A stretch of DNA of 64,000 nucleotides from contig OZ320313.1 in NCBI GenBank assembly GCA_976226885.1, forward strand, positions 74,958,001 to 75,022,000. Direction: 5' to 3'. The position numbers and the translations under genes are program-made. Every line of letters begins with the position of its first letter. The stretch's first letter is position 1. The DNA comes from Iphione sp. A-MEVVRFRX5 (Eukaryota). The notes below the pieces were generated by a model. That model had not been told where the DNA came from. It ran no database searches and was given only the letters and a program-made list of their open reading frames with translations. Below are positions 1-11,885 of the stretch, piece after piece.

Positions 1-898
1 AACTATTGTACACTTGGTGCTTTCACGAATGAGTTCTCACTTTGCGATATTTTATGATTTTTAATTGCTATCCTGAATAAAGCTTAATAACGCCGACTTA
101 TAATTGCCAAAACAACATAATTATGGGAAAGTGTGGGCAAGAGATCTTATGAAATGATTATAGGTGTATACAAATGGGTTTAACTGATTATCCCTTCAAT
201 AAAGCTCTGAATGTAAATAACTTCAACTACCCTTCCCTCTCCCCCTCCCGCCCACCAAAATATTCAATCGCTTCAGAGCGTACTTCGTATTAGCTAGAGA
301 TCTTCCACACAAAAAACAGCTATTTGAAACTGTGCGAACTGGCACAATATTTGAACATGTGTATACATTTAAATTGCTTCCAAATAGTGCGTTTATCAGT
401 ACACCCGAATGTATCATAAAACATGAAAAGATAAGAAAGTAACCCTGGAAAAAGTCCGATATGTCAGAAATGACCCTTTTGCCTCCTTACTAGCGTAGGT
501 TTTTACTCATTCGTACTAGTGGAACTCGCTGAAACTCGGATTTAAATAATGAATGGAAGAAATGGTTAATAAAGTTATGTGTATTAATGACATTAAACCA
601 CACCTTTTACATCTAATAGTGTTGCTGGAAACGCTGATACAACCCTAGTTAGTAGGCTTACTTTCATTTCTATTTCTGAAAAGCAAGATTTTTTCATGGT
701 AAGCTCATCCTCGCTACCCACTAGGAAAAGTGATAGAAACTTGCTTTTGACCCAGAACAATATCCATAAACTAACAGTCTTCCCAAGGGCAGTCCGAAGA
801 AGGACAAGCTTGCATTTTCAAGTGGAAACGTCTACCCAAGAGCCAATTCGTATTGGACCAAGGAAGCTGCCTGAGGAGGTTCTGCCCACTCATCATTA

Positions 899-1220
899 GG
901 CCTAAAAAAAAAAGTTCTGTGTTTCCAGTAACAAGCTGAAAAAATATAGGGTCGGTAGGTCGGTGGCATATTTTTTTTTATTTCTCTTTTTTTCAATGTA
1001 AAAAAATGCCCCCATCAACAAATCAATCTGCAATATATGTTCTAATGGATAGATCTTGATGAAAGCTTATATCATAAGGAAGACAATGGTGATCATATGA
1101 GTCTCTATCTTTATTCATTGCTGAAATATTCATAAAACAAGTATAAAATAAAAATTTACATTGACACCAAAATTAGGGTTGGTCGGGTTACCGGAAACAC
1201 AGATATTTTTTGTTTAGGCC
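899..1220. mobile_element. PIF/Harbinger-type (Tourist-like) MITE, copy 1
   Basis: TTA at 896-898 and 1221-1223 (TSD). Imperfect TIRs GGCCTAAAAAAAAAAGTTCTGTGTTTCCAGTAAC / GTTACCGGAAACACAGATATTTTTTGTTTAGGCC. Non-coding; similar copies at 7151 and 32968. Confidence 0.85.
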
Positions 1221-4200
1221 TTACTAAACTGTAATAATGCAAAACGTTAAGACTTCAGGACCACATTTCCTTTTCCCACATAGTAAGCAGAATCTGAGTT
1301 GTTTGGGAAAATTTTCCCTTTTTAATCGATTACTTTCTATCATTTGAAGTAATTTAGGATTTTATTAGAATAAAAAAGAAGGTAATAGTGGCACAAATGA
1401 TTTGAGCCATATAAATCTTAAAATGTTTAGCTGCTAGCTGAAAAATAGCACTGTATTTCCTACAAGAAAACGTTCACTAAACAATCTTATACCTCGGGCC
1501 GGTTGGTACATGGTTAATTTGGCCAGGAAGTAGATGCCAAGGTAGCCTGTGATTGACAGACGTAAGCTTTAAAAAGAGACCGTCCGGTCCCTGAAAAGGC
1601 ATGTAATGGGAGGAGCTGACAGTCATGACATTGGATGGAACGACCTCACGACAGGATTCCTGTGTAATGCAATCTGCGTGGTGACGGTGCACCAATATAA
1701 TAGTCACTGACACACGAGAGGCAACGTGTTGGCTTCAGGGATAGCCGGACACGAAAAAGCTGTCAAGATGCAATGACGTTGCTGTCGCACAAATGACGGT
1801 GTTCTGTACCCTAATGATAGGAAATGTAGGAATGCGTTTCGGGTGACTCATAGAAACCGTATTCGGTTAATTTATATGCATACATGTATATATATATCTG
1901 CTGAGCCAAGAACATTATTTTACATTCATAACAACACTGAGATCCCTAAAAAGTTTTAGTTTCTCGACTTGTTTCTGAAAAGAATTAACCGAGAGGTATT
2001 GTTGAGTCATCTATCTATCTCTTCTTTCGAGATATACTATAGCTCATGTTACACTGGTAGAGTGTGTGCGTCAGTACATATTAGAATGATGATCACTGTT
2101 GAAGAAGAGGGGGATTCTGACTGCAACATTCACACGATTAGTAATTGATAAAACATCGATCAATCGTCTAATATTTTGGAGTGTGAAAATTATTTTGAAA
2201 AGGATCATCCTATCGTTGAATGTAAGTTAACCGGTCATATCCGTTAGTGCTAATTCATGTATACACTATGACATCACAATGCAAATAAGTATAAACTATG
2301 AAAAAAGAATACTACTATTGCATAAGATTTTAGAAGATCTAATGATACTGTGAATCTCATAAAAATGTCAAACAGTTCTGTATAGGCAAGCCACATTAAT
2401 CAATATCACACTGTTTTTGCAGCACAGTGCTTAGAGTGAAAGCACAACATACTATTTGTATCAGGATAAATACACAAGGATAAGGCTGTTAACTGTAGTT
2501 GGTCCGATGGGTCCAACGGAGGTCAATTGACAAAATGTTCCACAGAAAGTAAGAGAATTTCATATCAACAGAGCCGAAATAACCGATAGTGTTCTATAGC
2601 ATCAAGCCAGTCAGAAAAAAAAACAGCCATATACCTTCTTTTGTCCGAGAGAAATGGGATTGTCGGTTCCTATCATGTTTTATTTACAAGCTATTATATA
2701 GAGAGAACTACATGAAAGTGTTGCGGCTACCATCATGGTTTGATGTCTAAACGTGCTCGTCAATGTCACGTGGTATCTTTAGGTTCTTAAATTTGGCTCT
2801 GCATCATCCAATGAAAATATTATTATAAAAATGATTACTACTCTTGATAACAATACTGAGTTTATCTGCCTTATCAATTACAACTGTGTGGAACAAAGTT
2901 CTCTCGATATTTGTACCATGTGGGGAAGCTATGTGAACGAATATATTTTCTGATTTAAAGTCAAAGTTATCTGGCTCATACATAGGCTTAATGCTGCAAC
3001 AATTTCCGAACAGCTGCAGCGCCCAGTACTCGACGAATCCTCATGAATGAAAATCTACGTTGAAAATGACTAGACTCTCCGCCTAACGCAATGCCGATAA
3101 GGGGAGTAACTTGAACCATGGCCCCCAAGGGACCATGAGGTGCATATTGTGTCCCTACACATTTCTCGCCGTGATCAACTTAAATCTCCACCAACTTAAA
3201 GTATGACTAACTAGTTCCTTCTGCCAGAGTATGAGTCAACTTTAAAGTCTAATAATATGATTCTGTGGATAATATCGCAGTTGGTTCTGTTATAAAGTTT
3301 GAAAACAATCTCTTCTAGCTTGATTGCAATAGCAGGGGTCATGCCGTATACCCTGTTCACCAAGAAGACTGACACAGAATCGCGTAAAGGTGAATATAAC
3401 CCAGGTCATAGCATGACAAGGAGCCGATACTATACATAAATATAAGGAAATACACAGCCTAAGGCACCGACTATGCCAGCAGAAGTACCAGAGACAACGT
3501 GTAAAACATGCCTTTCATAGTATGTCTGACGTCAGACATATTGGAACTTATTACCTCAAATATTGAAGCAAATCACGAAGAGAAACCTGATGTATGACAA
3601 TTCAAATTGGCAGGAGCTCATGGTAGGAGGCACTTATTGCGACTTGTCCGGCTTTTCCCTTCGATCTTCTCTCTGAGAGCACCTACCACGCCCAGGTGAT
3701 TTGTGTTGCGATATCTCAGTCGGTGACCGCCAATTTTGTCATCACTTTCACATTTTTTTTCGGATCATGAAAACGAGATAGGTGAATTAGCAACATAAAT
3801 TATCTATCTAAAAGTCTGTGGAATCCGACAATCCTGAGAATTATGAAAGACTGGTGAAAGTTCTCCTGTTACACATTGATATATAGAGATACGTATTATT
3901 TAAGGTGCTAGCTTTGCACGATTTGAGCACACTTGTACCTGTCATTTATCGTTCATTTAAATCATTCACCAAAGTTCTTCAGTTCAAAAATATACAATAA
4001 AATCTTTTACAACGGCCTTAACTTACAAGGGCAGACTGAAGAGCTATATACATGTATATACATGTATTGTATATGTATGTTGTATGCGAAATATTTCAAC
4101 GTAGAGATTAACGAAGCCAATGAGTTAACGAAGCCAATGAGTTAATCTCTAGTAAAGGCTAAGCAGTCTAGCCGAAGCATGGCCGCTCCCGATGCCAAAT

Positions 4201-4509
4201 GATAAATTCTGTTTGTTGCACGATGGGAACAATGCGTAATTTATCATATACAGACCCACGTTTGTCCCCCATGCAGCACAAGTAAAAAGAGGCTAGCAGC
4301 ATATATCTAAAATGGCAGACTTCGTGGCTCAGTGAGTAGAACATAGGCACGTGCGTAGGATACAGCAGGTGAATGAGGCAGTGCTGGAGGATGGCGTTAA
4401 CTTCCCAGGTCAACCAGAGCTGACGAGATCATAGAACAACGTGAACAATGTGTAAATCAACCTAACTAAAGTGTTTTGCCGGCAGATGATCGTACGCCCC
4501 GGAGAAATT

Positions 4510-4735
4510 AGGATTGCAAATTCATCCAGAAATCAGCAAAACTAAGCCAAATTTGTCTGAAAATCGACAAAGTTCAGGCAAATTCGTCCAAAAACCAGCG
4601 AAACTCAGCCAAATTCATCCCAAAATGGGCAAATATGGTCCAAATTTGTCTGAAAATTGGCAAAATGCAGCCAAATTTGTCTGAAATGGGCAAAAATGAT
4701 CAAAATTTGTCAAAAAAATCATTCAAATTTTAGAG
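4510..4735 (+). repeat. Degenerate minisatellite, ~32-bp unit (CAAATTTGTCTGAAAATTGGCAAAATGCAGC-like)
   Basis: About 7 imperfect tandem units are visible. A related reverse-complement fragment lies at ~24795-24875. Confidence 0.75.
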
Positions 4736-5834
4736 AGAAATGTTCAGTTATGTGACTATATCAACAGTGAAAAATGATTGGTCCCTGCAAAATTCATTCG
4801 GATTTCGGGAAATTCAGTTTGGACTGTTTGGTTCTCGCATATCCTCTATAATGCATTCCTACTGTCAAGCACAAGGAAGTTTACTTATTGGAGTTAAGAT
4901 AGGAGTTAAGTGTGGAGTTAGCTCCAGTTAGAGGAATATAGGCACACTTGCTTCAGTACAGCATTTATCTTATGGAGCTCGTCACAAAGAGGTTAATATA
5001 AGCTATTTCCTTTATGAACAAGTACAATGTTGCCTTAACTACCTTCCAGAAATGGTTGATAAATAGCCAAATATATTATTTTCAAATTTAAAGTAGATAT
5101 CAAAATGATATTCCAATGTTAGGATACTTATTTTTTCATAATCTAGGAAAAATAAAATAGCTGGAACCAGTAAGTCAGAGCTGTTGTAATGGGTAGATGC
5201 TCTGAAAATGGCAAAAAAAACAGGGTTAACCCCACAAATTTGAGGGGTTAAATTGATCTGGATAAAGATCAAAAAGGTACATTCTGGAAACAGGTTTAGG
5301 CTCTGGTTATCCAGATAAAAGTTTAAAAGTTGAAAGTTGAAAATGTGTTAGACGAAATCATGAGTTAAAGCATCTTTAGATAACCTCTGGTACAACTCTT
5401 ACATATAAATCAGCAGTATCTTTAGCATACCTTCCGGTGAAATTTACCATTTTTTCATCCATTCACACATATTTAGCTGAAACTCTAGTAAAATTGGTTG
5501 CTTCTTATGCACAACCTCCAGGAAAACTTCGATTTGTCATTAGTTGACAAATGCTTTAGAAACAAATTTATACATATTATTTTTTCATGCACCTACAATA
5601 CCATTCCCGTGACAATTGAAAATCACTTGAAAGCCATCTCAACTTCGCCTCACCCGACCAAACAACCTCGACGTACAGTCAACTCTCCCTCCCCCAACAG
5701 ACACCTCTACAATAAGGATGCATCCCAGATGTGGATGATTTGGAAAAGAAAGGGGTTCACATGACCACTCCTCCCCAATAGAACATATGGAAGGTCTAAG
5801 ATGTGGATGGAGCCGTTACAAGGGGATATACTCA

Positions 5835-5960
5835 TGAAATTCAGAGCATTTGTACTTTTTGGGACTTAAACCCATCAAATTCAGCACTTTGAGCACTGAA
5901 ACCTCTCCAATTCAGCACATTTTGGACTGCTACTCCTGAAATTCAGCACTTTTAGGACAT
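5835..5960 (+). repeat. Degenerate tandem repeat with AAATTCAGCACTT core, ~32-bp spacing
   Basis: Four recurrences of AATTCAG(A/C)(G)CA. Confidence 0.6.
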
Positions 5961-7150
5961 GTATTCACTTGGTAGAATGAGGGGAGAAGGGGATAACATC
6001 TCCAGGTTCAAGCCCCCACTCTTTTCCATATGCTACTAACAGAACTGAAATCTCCCTGGATGAAATGTGGACTGTTTGAGGAAGAACGGAGGGTGTCCGC
6101 ATTTGGGAGAGGCAACTGTAATAGACACTAGAAAGTTAAGTTGGGGCAGAGGGGGCTTTAAAACAGATACCTTCATAGCAAGGAAAACATTCTATTAAGT
6201 CACTGTTTGCTCCTCAAAGCTCGTACTTTGTATAGTGTATTCCTTGCAGCTCATACTTAATCTACTACATAAACGGCAAAAGTAGGACCTAGGACCTAAT
6301 AACTGAGTAGACCTCACTACCAGGGTGCTACTGAAATAACATTTGTTCACTTCGTCCATTGGCAGTTGATAAGCATGCTGGCTTTGTACAATATTATATC
6401 AGATTATTTTAGATTACATTATTAGAGTCAAGGTAGAGTGTTTATGGTGTTTCATGTAGCAAGTATCACTCGAGAGAGTTTATAAACTTCGACAGGTCCA
6501 TCTGGTGCGGGAACATCTGGTGCAAGTTGATATTTCTTGATATGGATGTGGCAAGAAGAGCTGATATTAGGGCCCTAGTCAGACATGCTGGGGACATTAG
6601 CCATGCAGGCTAGGTCTGTGTTAAGGGAAATTAAAGATTCTGTTTAAATATGACAGGATCATTAACCCTGATACTGAGTATAGTGCCTTTAAATTTAACA
6701 ATTTTTTACACAAACCACATTAATGACGTAAGCCTTCCAACCTGTGGTCTTATGATACAGGCCATAGTGTTGGAGACAGCTGACTTCTAGGTATCAAACA
6801 GGCTAGTTGCTCCACTTTAAATAATAGCACTGCGATGTTAGTTCCACACTGTTAATTAAAAAACTGCTGCTCATCCCGAGAGACGGCTGGTGACTGGTAT
6901 CTGCATTTATCAAGCCTGTTGGATGTTTACCCCAGACGAAGTTCCTGGAGTTATATTGAAGTAAGATCACCAAAGATAACTCGTCCAGAAGGGTATTTTA
7001 CCTAGTGTAAATATATTTAAGTCAATAGTTGTTGCTGTGGAGGTTTACAATATATGACAGCCTCTTTCTTTGCTTGGACAGAGAGAAGTGTTAGCGTCAT
7101 CTTGCCGTATAGTAATCAACGATCTCTGATTCAATGACATATTTCCTTTA

Positions 7151-7489
7151 GGCCTAAAAAAAAAAGTTCTGTGTTTCCGGTAACATGCTTAAAAAATAAA
7201 GGGTCGGTGGGTCGGTAGGTTTTTTTATTTTTTCATTATTTTTTCAATGTTAATTCTCAATTAAAGTTAAAAATGTATATGGTAATATAGGTTCTAATGC
7301 TTATATCTTAATGAAACACATATCAAATGAAAGCTTATGATCCAAGGAACAAAATGGTGTATATAATGTGCCTCTATCATTTTTCATGCCAAAGATATTA
7401 CCAAAAACACAATAAAATAAAATGTTCCAGTAAGACAAAAAACAGGGTCGGTCGGGTTACCGGAAACACAGATAATTTTTGTTTAGGCC
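7151..7489. mobile_element. PIF/Harbinger-type MITE, copy 2
   Basis: TTA TSD at 7148-7150 and 7490-7492; same TIRs and GGGTCGGT(A/G/C)GG subterminal motifs as copy 1. Confidence 0.85.
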
Positions 7490-7999
7490 TTAGTATTTGC
7501 TATTTTGAACATGTTAAAATAATGTTACCTTGCTTATAAAACCCTTCTTCAATATTGTTATGTATACATGTATATACACATTTTTGTAATAAACCCATAA
7601 TTGAACTAACTATGGGCGTCTCTACAGACTCCCTAATCTGCATATTGCAAACTTCCTAATCTGCATTGCAGTTCCTCTTCATCTAGCTTTGTGTCTCTCT
7701 TAATCGGTACCATGTCAATTTATGGTGCAGTCACATTCTGCATATTGTTCTCTCAGTCTACATACTTCTAATACGTAAAAGTTTCATGAAATTAAACCAA
7801 AAATATTTAACTTCATTGAACTAAGGTTTATTACAAAACCCCATATCTTTGCCAGATTTACCAACTTGGGCCAATGCCATTTAAAGCTTTATAACTCAAT
7901 GGAATAAAATGACCTTTCAATACAATAGTAACCAATATATATGTCTGCTACACTAAGTCCCATTATGAGTTAACCTCATGGACAACCTTAAAAGTTGCC

Positions 8000-8995
8000 A
8001 TGTTAAAGATTATACTCCTCGGGCTGGTCTAGTGCAATTTACAGGTGTGAGTTGGCGACAGAGGTGATAATGGCGGAAGTTGTTGGGCATCCTCTCAAAT
8101 AGTTGCTGCAGTTCTATGGGAATATTAACAGATCAATCTATGTTTAGACGGGAAGGCTGAATATACAGAATATGTATAGACTACCAGAGTCTGTCTCAGT
8201 TTGGTGATCAGCAAAAATGGTTTGTGCAAAAAGAGTCAACTCGTTATCACAGATTTGATTATCATCAGTGCAACCCAAGACTCAGTGTTATGCAGTGGTA
8301 AAAAGGTAGTAGTGTTGCTAGAGATATTGTCTGCAATGGTAATTGACTAAAGTTACCCTTCTAGCCAAGCTCATGTACCATAACAGTAGTTACTTTGCAA
8401 CAGCTAGCTATAGCAATCTTGGTAGTATACTTATGCAAGAGCTGCCACACAAGCATTGTTAGCAAAGAAAGTGTTGGTAATATGATAAGTTCTGTGATAA
8501 TGTCTATGTGCAGACAATCAGTCACTGACAGTCATAGTCTCTGTCGTGTATCTCGGTTCATCTCCCTGTCTACCCTAGGTCAATCATATGACAACCCTAG
8601 ACCAGGACAGACAGGGGAAGGCTCTGTAACTGCTTCTTGTCAGGCAGCAGAGCATTCCACCTTACTATGCCTTGGTAGGCAATACTTTTGGCAAAGGCCT
8701 TGCTTCTGGGTTTTGCCATGACACCTCTGTTGCTTAAGCTGCTTTGGTGGTCAGTGCTTGTGTCAGGCAGCCTATTTTCATCAAGCGATGAACTGCCCTT
8801 AGACCATGCGCTCTGATGATATAGTTAACCCTGTTCATATGCAGGATCCACATGAGCCTGGAAGCACTCAGAAATTTACCAGCTTGAACCACCAGCCTTG
8901 CGCAGTGGTTTACATGCACCTGCAACTCACAGAGGTCAGCCTGTCTCAGGCCAATGAAGAGTACTGCACGATAGTGAAGATGACAGCTCACTAAG
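8000..8995 (-). pseudogene. 3' remnant of a CR1/L2-group LINE (ORF2 C-terminus plus putative 3' UTR)
   Basis: Minus-strand translation includes HYRAVLFIGL...NHCARLV (similar to the 14.9-kb LINE) and KSIAYQGIVRWNALLP (WNxLP-like terminal motif). The left boundary is approximate. Confidence 0.65.
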
Positions 8996-9499
8996 ACTTA
9001 AGGGCTCAAAAAGGCTGCAAATAATGTTATGAAATAATGTTCCTACAGCATTATTTAGTGCTGACACCACCAGTGATGCAAAGGACATGGGTTCAAATCC
9101 CTGACATGGCAATATTTCAGATCATAGGAAATGAAAATACTCCTGTATAAAAAGTGAAATTACACAAGGGGATGATGGAAGTGTAATGTTATTACAACCA
9201 CCAGCCACCACCAGTGTAATGTTTTGCAACTTTCTTTTGTGTCGTGTTTTTGTTGCTTTTCACTACACAGCCTCGAAATGGCTATTTCTCGTCTGTGTCT
9301 TAGACGTGTGGTTGTTATGAGAGGTGAGGATTCTGCTTTCCTCGGGGATCGTATGGGTATGAATGAAGCACCTCTTATCTCGGGGCGTCCTCGAGTCCTT
9401 AATGATCTTCTTCGTCTGCTGCCCGTGCTGATTCCAGTCTCGGGCTTTCGATCCGATGATTCCCTTCTTCGATAGGGACTAATAAAGCTTTCCAACAGG

Positions 9500-10100
9500 T
9501 TACACGTCCCGTGTTGCTTTATTCTTAAGTGTTCAGAGAGTACTTAGTCGGTCTCTTCGAACAGGATGATATGCTGGTGGAAGCGAGGAACACTAAAACC
9601 GAGAGTAAGTTTTACAGAGGGCTTTATTCCGAGCACATCAGAGGGATGATACTCTCCTCCCTTGACAGCGGCTTATGGATGACAGATCAGTGGCAGAGCT
9701 GAGCTTACATATTGGGGAGAATTGCAGGCTTGCGAGCCAGACCAGAGCCTGTGGGTTCGAACATCTGGACGGTGAGTGTTAGAGTCCTTCTGGATGTGGA
9801 GTCCTTCCTAGTGAACGGGTGCTTGGTGAAGATCGCGGGATGGACGACTCCTCCAGCAGGACTCTGGTCTGGTCTCAGCCGCTTCTAGAGACTTCTATGC
9901 TGGATGGAACTCAGACCTCAGAAAGAGAGGTGATCTCAGAATATAGGAACCCCCAGGGGGATGTGGAACTCTCTCTTATATACGAACTCTGTCCCAAGTC
10001 CTTACTTCCCATTGGCTGAAAAGGGACTATTCCGATTGGAGGATTGGGAGAGGGGACTCTTCCCATTGGCTCACATAAGTAAGCACTGCACGGCCGGTCC
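9500..10100 (-). promoter_or_regulatory. LTR-like block: four CCAAT boxes, TATA box, downstream AATAAA signals
   Basis: Minus-strand CCAAT (plus ATTGG at 10011, 10035, 10043, 10065), TATATAAG (9975-9982) and AATAAA (9623-9628, 9518-9523). No TG..CA termini, PBS or TSD were established. Confidence 0.4.
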
Positions 10101-10739
10101 CAAAAGATCAAAGGGATTCCAGGAAAAGACAAATGAGGGCCCCAAAAATTGCACAATCTTCTGACGAAGATTGATGAGAGTCATAAACGTCAGCTTAAGC
10201 TAAAAGGGGACCCAAAACTGTCATGATGGTCAAAACACTTGGTTTATGGGCAGGGAAACTAACTAGATAGATAATGAGAAAAGGCCCAGCCTCTTTGAAG
10301 GGGCCGGGGTCCGAGCTCAGCTCATTCGGGGAGGAATTCGGACCGGAGTTACACAGGCGGGAATTTGGCAGGTATGCCCGTAAACAGGGCCATAAAAAGG
10401 GGAGAAGTATTCCTCACCTGTCGGATCCCTCTCAGATTGAGTCATGGCAAGGTGTAAGTTCTCTTTGATCTAGTAACTGCTCTTCAGGTAGGCTTGCGAA
10501 AGAGGGGAATTGCTCATTCCTGCCTGGATTGCTTCGAATTGCGTCATGAAATGTTGGAAACTTGCTGACTATGCGTTTGAAAAGGAACGTTGATGTTCCC
10601 GAGATGGGGAAAGGCCGGATGAGTATACTGGGTATGCTGAGTTAGCCCGGAGGGCTTGGGCATGGTCGATCCAGTTTTTGCGATGGAGTCGATCTTTAAG
10701 GGAGTCGTTGATCTAACAGAAGGAATATATGATGGAAAA

Positions 10740-10994
10740 ATAAGGCTTATTTTAATTTTGAATTTTGAAATTAAAAATTGTATAAAACATTTTTAAAATG
10801 TTTTCCAAAAATATTTGAAAATGTTTTTCCAAAAATGTTTTGAAAATGTTTTCCAAAATTGTTTAATGGAAAATGCTTTTAAGACATTTTAAAACATTTT
10901 CAAGACCATTCACTTAAATGTCTTTAAACCATTTTTTCAAGATATTTATGAAAACATATTTAAATGTTTTTAAAAGGCTTTTGTGTTTGCTGGG
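10740..10994. mobile_element. One end of a non-autonomous DNA transposon with AT-rich AAAATGTTTTCC subterminal repeats (possibly EnSpm/CACTA-like)
   Basis: The repeats end in TGTGTTTGCTGGG (reverse complement CCCAGCAAACACA). The partner end was not found. Confidence 0.4.
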
Positions 10995-11769
10995 ACACTA
11001 CGCTCCTACCGCAACATTTAGAATCAATTAATCCTGTGTGGGTCTGAATTCCTCACATGAAGTAAAAATTCTGTTGAAAATGTAGGAAATATTTTTCATT
11101 GTGATATCAAATTCCATGCAAATATATCTGCAGGGACAAGATTTGTTGCTGCTTGAATTGCATCTTCATTAAGGCCAGTTCCTGATCGTGTTTCTTTTAT
11201 CCTTGGTTTATCTGTATGTTGAGTGAGTGTCACTGAAGGCTGGCTACATATTCTTCCTGAGCAATATAGGTCTTGGTCAGTTTCCAAAGTGTATGACATA
11301 CACTCGCTAGTGATATGTGTGGCATCGCTAGCCGCATTTCAGGCGAAGTACAAGTAAGTCAAATGGTGTATCATTTCCTTCAACATCTGTCCCCATTTTA
11401 CCAGATAGGGACTTATCTATTCAGTCCTTTGACATGGACGAGCTTTGTCTTCATGTGAACCATTTCTATAGACATAAATACATGTATATGTATATGCAAA
11501 ACACTCTTCCACCTGATCTTCTCTGTCAAGAAAAATTCAATCGGATCTTTTTCAGTAGAAGTGCTTCACAGGTTGACCATTTATACATCCATGGAAAAGC
11601 GCATTTGTTATGTGAGATTTATTTCATTAATTTTTTTGGCAGTGGCCTATTTACCCATATACAACACCATGTCATTTTTACCACTTTGCTGTGGCATTCT
11701 AGACTTTCAATACCTCTTGATCACGACCAGACAGATTTACTGTAGCCCCAACCCAGAGTGGTCCACAAC

Positions 11770-11885
11770 TGGTAAAAAGGCTGTGGGTGTAGAGGATTCT
11801 GTCCCCTATGCACAAAAAGACCCCAGAAACCTATTTGAAATAAGAGTAGGGGACAACCCCGGGTATTCTGGTCTCTCAATTCTCA
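11770..11885 (+). mobile_element. Possible SINE core fragment (Meta-domain-like)
   Basis: GCACAAAAAGACCC...GAAATAAGAGTAGGGGACAACCCCGG resembles my recollection of the metazoan SINE Meta domain; not checked against a library. Confidence 0.3.

Noticed and set aside
9040-9130. tRNA gene (B-box GGTTCAAATCC at 9090-9100)
   Set aside because: No cloverleaf or intact A box; at most a decayed SINE head.
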